Source of the DNA: Candidatus Cloacimonadales bacterium
GTDB taxonomy: Bacteria; Cloacimonadota; Cloacimonadia; Cloacimonadales; DAONDQ01
Assembly (NCBI GenBank): GCA_963662275.1
Contig: OY759316.1
Location: 2,368,001-2,432,000 of the forward strand
Length of the DNA stretch: 64,000 nucleotides
Direction: 5' to 3'
Shown piece after piece: positions 61,701 to 64,000 of this stretch. Below the pieces are notes generated by a model. That model was given only the letters and a program-made list of their open reading frames with translations, was not told the DNA's origin and did no database searches. Position numbers and translations under genes: made by a program. How positions within the stretch are numbered: position 1 is the stretch's first letter; every line of letters begins with the position of its first letter.

Positions 61701-63832
61701 GTCTGGCTTCAGGTACAATCGATTCTCTGCTCGTTCAAAACTATCATTTTGGAATTGAACTTTCAGGAAATCAGCAACTTTCCATAGAAAATAGCGATTT
61801 TATTAATTGCAGCACTGTGCTTAAGGATAACCAAAACCAGTCAACTCATTCGCTTCGCAATAATTTGGTTTATCGAAATGGTATGTTTGGTGGAATTGTA
61901 GTGGCTCCTGCTCTTGAACTTACCTCTGCAGCAAACCTGGATGTCAGCAACAACACCATTCACAATTATCCAAATATACTCAATGCTGCCAGTTCATCGA
62001 GTCTTTCCTTCTGGCAAAATATCGCCTGGTGTGTTAATCCGACTGCCAGTCCGATAACGTTAGCAGGTGGTTCCACAATCAACGCCACATATAACGATAT
62101 TGCTCTGCAAAATGGTATCTTTCCAGGAATAGGCAACATCAATGCCAATCCATTGTACGTAAATGCAAACTCAGCCAATTTCTACTTGGATGTCTATAGT
62201 CCCTGTATCAATACAGGAAATCCAGTAAATCCAACTGATCCTGATGGTTCTAGAGCAGATATGGGAGCAATACCGTATGATCAGACAACAATGCCGTTAA
62301 TTGCAGATTTCTATTGTGATTCAGTTTCCGGGCAGCATCCCCTCGCTGTACATTTTACAAATCACTCCACATTCAATGCCAACACTTGGAACTGGGATTT
62401 CAATGGTGATAACATAACAGACAGCAATGTTGAAAATCCTTCATGGATCTATACTATACCCGGAATATATTCAGTTAAACTGACTGTTACGAGTAACGAT
62501 AGTACAAAAACCAAGATTCTTTCAAACTACATAACTGTGCTCAACTCAGCTCCCATGATTACCTTGGATATACCGGATCTGGTAGAATCAGAAGACTTCA
62601 CAGAATTCCAGTTCGATTTAAACAATTACTTTGCTGACGCTAACGGAGACGCTCTGAGTTTCTCCTTCGTGAAAGACTCTGAAATCGTCAATGCATCACT
62701 AGCTCAAGGTATTCTCACGATCAGCAGCGTTCCTACTTTGAACGGAACAGTTAATTTTACAGTAACTGCCAATGATGGGTTGGCATCTTTATCAAAGCAA
62801 AAAAATGAACAGGGCATATTGCCATATGTCCCTACATTAAAAGAACAACCTCAAAAAGTATCTCTTACTTATAAGACGGGTGTATTGCCATGCGTCCCTA
62901 CTTCACCCAATCGGGCATCTGTTTCAAATTCCTTCATACTAACAGTCACACCTGTTAATAATCCTCCTGTGATTACTGGGATGCCATCTTCTTTCACATT
63001 TGATGAGGATGGTTCGCTGCAAATCAACGTTGGACAATATGTTTCTGATATTGACAGCTCTGTCCTCAGTCTTTCCATCAGTGATAATGAGCATATCACG
63101 GCTGAAGTTAATCAATTAAATGTTCTTTTACATGCACAAGCAAACTGGTCGGGTACTGAGCAACTCACATTTATAGTCAGCGATAATTCCACACTTGCGA
63201 AACTGAATCACCGTGCTGAAACATCAGTGATATGTACAATCATCGTGAATCCTGTCAATGACCCGCCCGTTATTACTGTTCATAATCCGGCAGATTCACT
63301 TGTCAGTGTTATGAGTGGTACAACAGTGAATTTTTCGGTAACTGCGACTGATATCGATAGCCAGATCAGCTATGCCTGGTTTGTAGATAATATCAACCAG
63401 CATATATCCACAAACACATTCAGTCATCAGTTTATAGGTGCGAATTCACATACAGTTAAGTTAGTTCTGAACGACAATGCAGGTGCTGTATTACAGTTAA
63501 TCTGGCATGTGCAGGTAACTGTTGGAAACGACGATAACACGGCACCTCCGTTAGTTACACAATTATACCAGAACCAGCCGAATCCTTTCTCCGATAATAC
63601 AGTCATTAACTACAGCATTAAGGAACCGGGAGTAGTCAAACTGTCAGTTTACAATATGCGTGGACAATTGGTGAAGGTTCTTTACGCTGCTGATAAAAAG
63701 AGCGGATTTTATTCTGTGAAATGGAACGGCAAGAATGAACTTGGTAATTCAGTCACAGAAGGTGTATATATTTTGAGATTTGAAACAAATGGTATAACCG
63801 ATTCAAAGAAGGTATTAGTCCTTAGACGATGA
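58715..63832 (+). CDS. Very large secreted/surface protein: Fn3-like, chitobiase-C-like, PKD, beta-helix, cadherin-like domains and FlgD/T9SS-like tail
   Basis: Signal peptide; 2 x RYTxDGxxP; 2 x WDFNxD PKD; SPCINTG...DPDGSRADMGA; VNxPP repeats; NQPNPF...WNG...KKVLVLRR. Confidence 0.9.
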   Translation: MRRILALFIFIFTLSFLYAAGLPHLVTGTVVNSGTLTHPSSIQVKINYQGSDYYWQWTAQANTLKGSLYNSGTGEFCIQVSDVNSYNTGNVAQLTIKGNDGSQATASLTKSSTSRTSIGTIEIGTNTNPNLATTPIPANEATNVSISTSQISWTYAHDALYTDPTGFKVYFDTISPPINQLTSVTGTTGTFSSPIPPLLNGTTYYWKVVPFNGGGDAINCPVWSFTTIQSTVANIVFNPQSGTYQAAQSVILTTTTLGAEIRYTLDGSEPNEASTLYSTPINIPLNTTVMIKAKAYKTNWIPSLTYSASYVVTGQVSLTMPVFIPPSGTYSMPQLVTLNTITNPAGAELRYTADGTNPITSSQLYSSAIQIPVGTTALKVKAFLTNWLPSDTETAFYTVTGIDVNPYLATLPIPENGASNVPLSTNQISWSYAHNTSYSDPTGFKVYFGMDALPGTYTYVAGSVGTFSLPVTLVSGGHYYWKVVPTTSGRKHSSKQEVETRGDAVGAVVWDFTAHILNQPPTIVLPNSFTINQNEVTTIDFSSFLSDPDSDPLTLSVIGNNHINVTIDNLIVSFTPQTNWVGNENLTFTVNDGVMQNLRNTASDVITIQVRNPLIVDFMTNSTLNNNVVANDQQTILTFNTSTNLPLTSYQWDFNNDGNIDSTLPTPTWLYTSPGTMSVALTASDGIHVSTIIKSDYINVLPGVLVPPTIENNNVVWTEEGGPYNVTGEMLFNSGANLTIMPNTQVNMLVDSLIVINGNINASNANFTAYGENGWGGLVLNPSSTNSTISGLTLLGAATGITINGCNPILSNLNLTGASSLRTPTTAIVISGDANPVISNIQINNFASGIKATNSSATNVALNMNNISIQQNNLAPSVTDIGIELTGNYSTEIDYIDIIGYHDGITITGVDAAARQARLTNVRVIRTEASSRDLGKAIFINNMNNIFIENDSLSGFSTGIEIANNTTTQAIVNISNTAINKSPAQTLTDIAVKITGLASGTIDSLLVQNYHFGIELSGNQQLSIENSDFINCSTVLKDNQNQSTHSLRNNLVYRNGMFGGIVVAPALELTSAANLDVSNNTIHNYPNILNAASSSSLSFWQNIAWCVNPTASPITLAGGSTINATYNDIALQNGIFPGIGNINANPLYVNANSANFYLDVYSPCINTGNPVNPTDPDGSRADMGAIPYDQTTMPLIADFYCDSVSGQHPLAVHFTNHSTFNANTWNWDFNGDNITDSNVENPSWIYTIPGIYSVKLTVTSNDSTKTKILSNYITVLNSAPMITLDIPDLVESEDFTEFQFDLNNYFADANGDALSFSFVKDSEIVNASLAQGILTISSVPTLNGTVNFTVTANDGLASLSKQKNEQGILPYVPTLKEQPQKVSLTYKTGVLPCVPTSPNRASVSNSFILTVTPVNNPPVITGMPSSFTFDEDGSLQINVGQYVSDIDSSVLSLSISDNEHITAEVNQLNVLLHAQANWSGTEQLTFIVSDNSTLAKLNHRAETSVICTIIVNPVNDPPVITVHNPADSLVSVMSGTTVNFSVTATDIDSQISYAWFVDNINQHISTNTFSHQFIGANSHTVKLVLNDNAGAVLQLIWHVQVTVGNDDNTAPPLVTQLYQNQPNPFSDNTVINYSIKEPGVVKLSVYNMRGQLVKVLYAADKKSGFYSVKWNGKNELGNSVTEGVYILRFETNGITDSKKVLVLRR
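62812..62901 (-). repeat. Two 24-bp GTAG-REP-like palindromes inside the coding sequence
   Basis: Minus strand GTAGGGACATATGGCAATATGCCC (62835-62812) and GTAGGGACGCATGGCAATACACCC (62901-62878). Confidence 0.7.
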
Positions 63833-64000
63833 CCCCGACTTTAACCCAAAATGAATATCATGATTTATAGCAAGCTCTAAGCAAGTTCGAGCCTAGCTAA
63901 AATATAGTTTATACCAAGCTCGCGAACTTGGAATAAATCATTGAGACTATGGAGATCGAGACTAAGCTATTCCCTTCTGCCAAATGTCTTATACAAGTTT

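Overview
AT-rich chromosomal window from an anaerobic bacterium. The repertoire of secreted proteins ending in an LPVELSSF Ig-like domain plus a YPNPF...WxG...K FlgD/T9SS-like tail suggests Cloacimonadota or a related FCB lineage (inference only). Main contents: (1) a complete group II intron (3495-5606, minus) inserted directly behind an intrinsic terminator; (2) a candidate defence pair, a Ppl-like PHP-ATPase plus a Schlafen/AlbA_2 protein (9578-13356); (3) housekeeping genes (M1 aminopeptidase, queC, non-specific nuclease, tricorn protease); (4) a 12-gene [FeFe]-hydrogenase locus (31081-41648, minus) with one catalytic subunit, two different NuoF-like and two NuoE-like subunits, a cysteine-free HndB-like protein and a sensory/regulatory front half; (5) a REP-associated tyrosine transposase flanked by its REPs, including a 10 x 28-bp array; (6) a STAND-type adenylate cyclase-ATPase-TPR protein; (7) a tyrosine recombinase + IS91-like transposase element with bulged GTTGAAC inverted ends; (8) many large secreted proteins. 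The intergenic DNA holds several palindromic repeat families and a set of 11-bp-period arrays of unrelated sequence. One of these arrays is duplicated 24.6 kb apart, and both copies lie beside truncated genes. Two REP-like palindromes lie in frame inside the 1705-aa protein. No rRNA, tRNA or CRISPR array was recognised. All family assignments come from reading motifs by eye, not from database searches.
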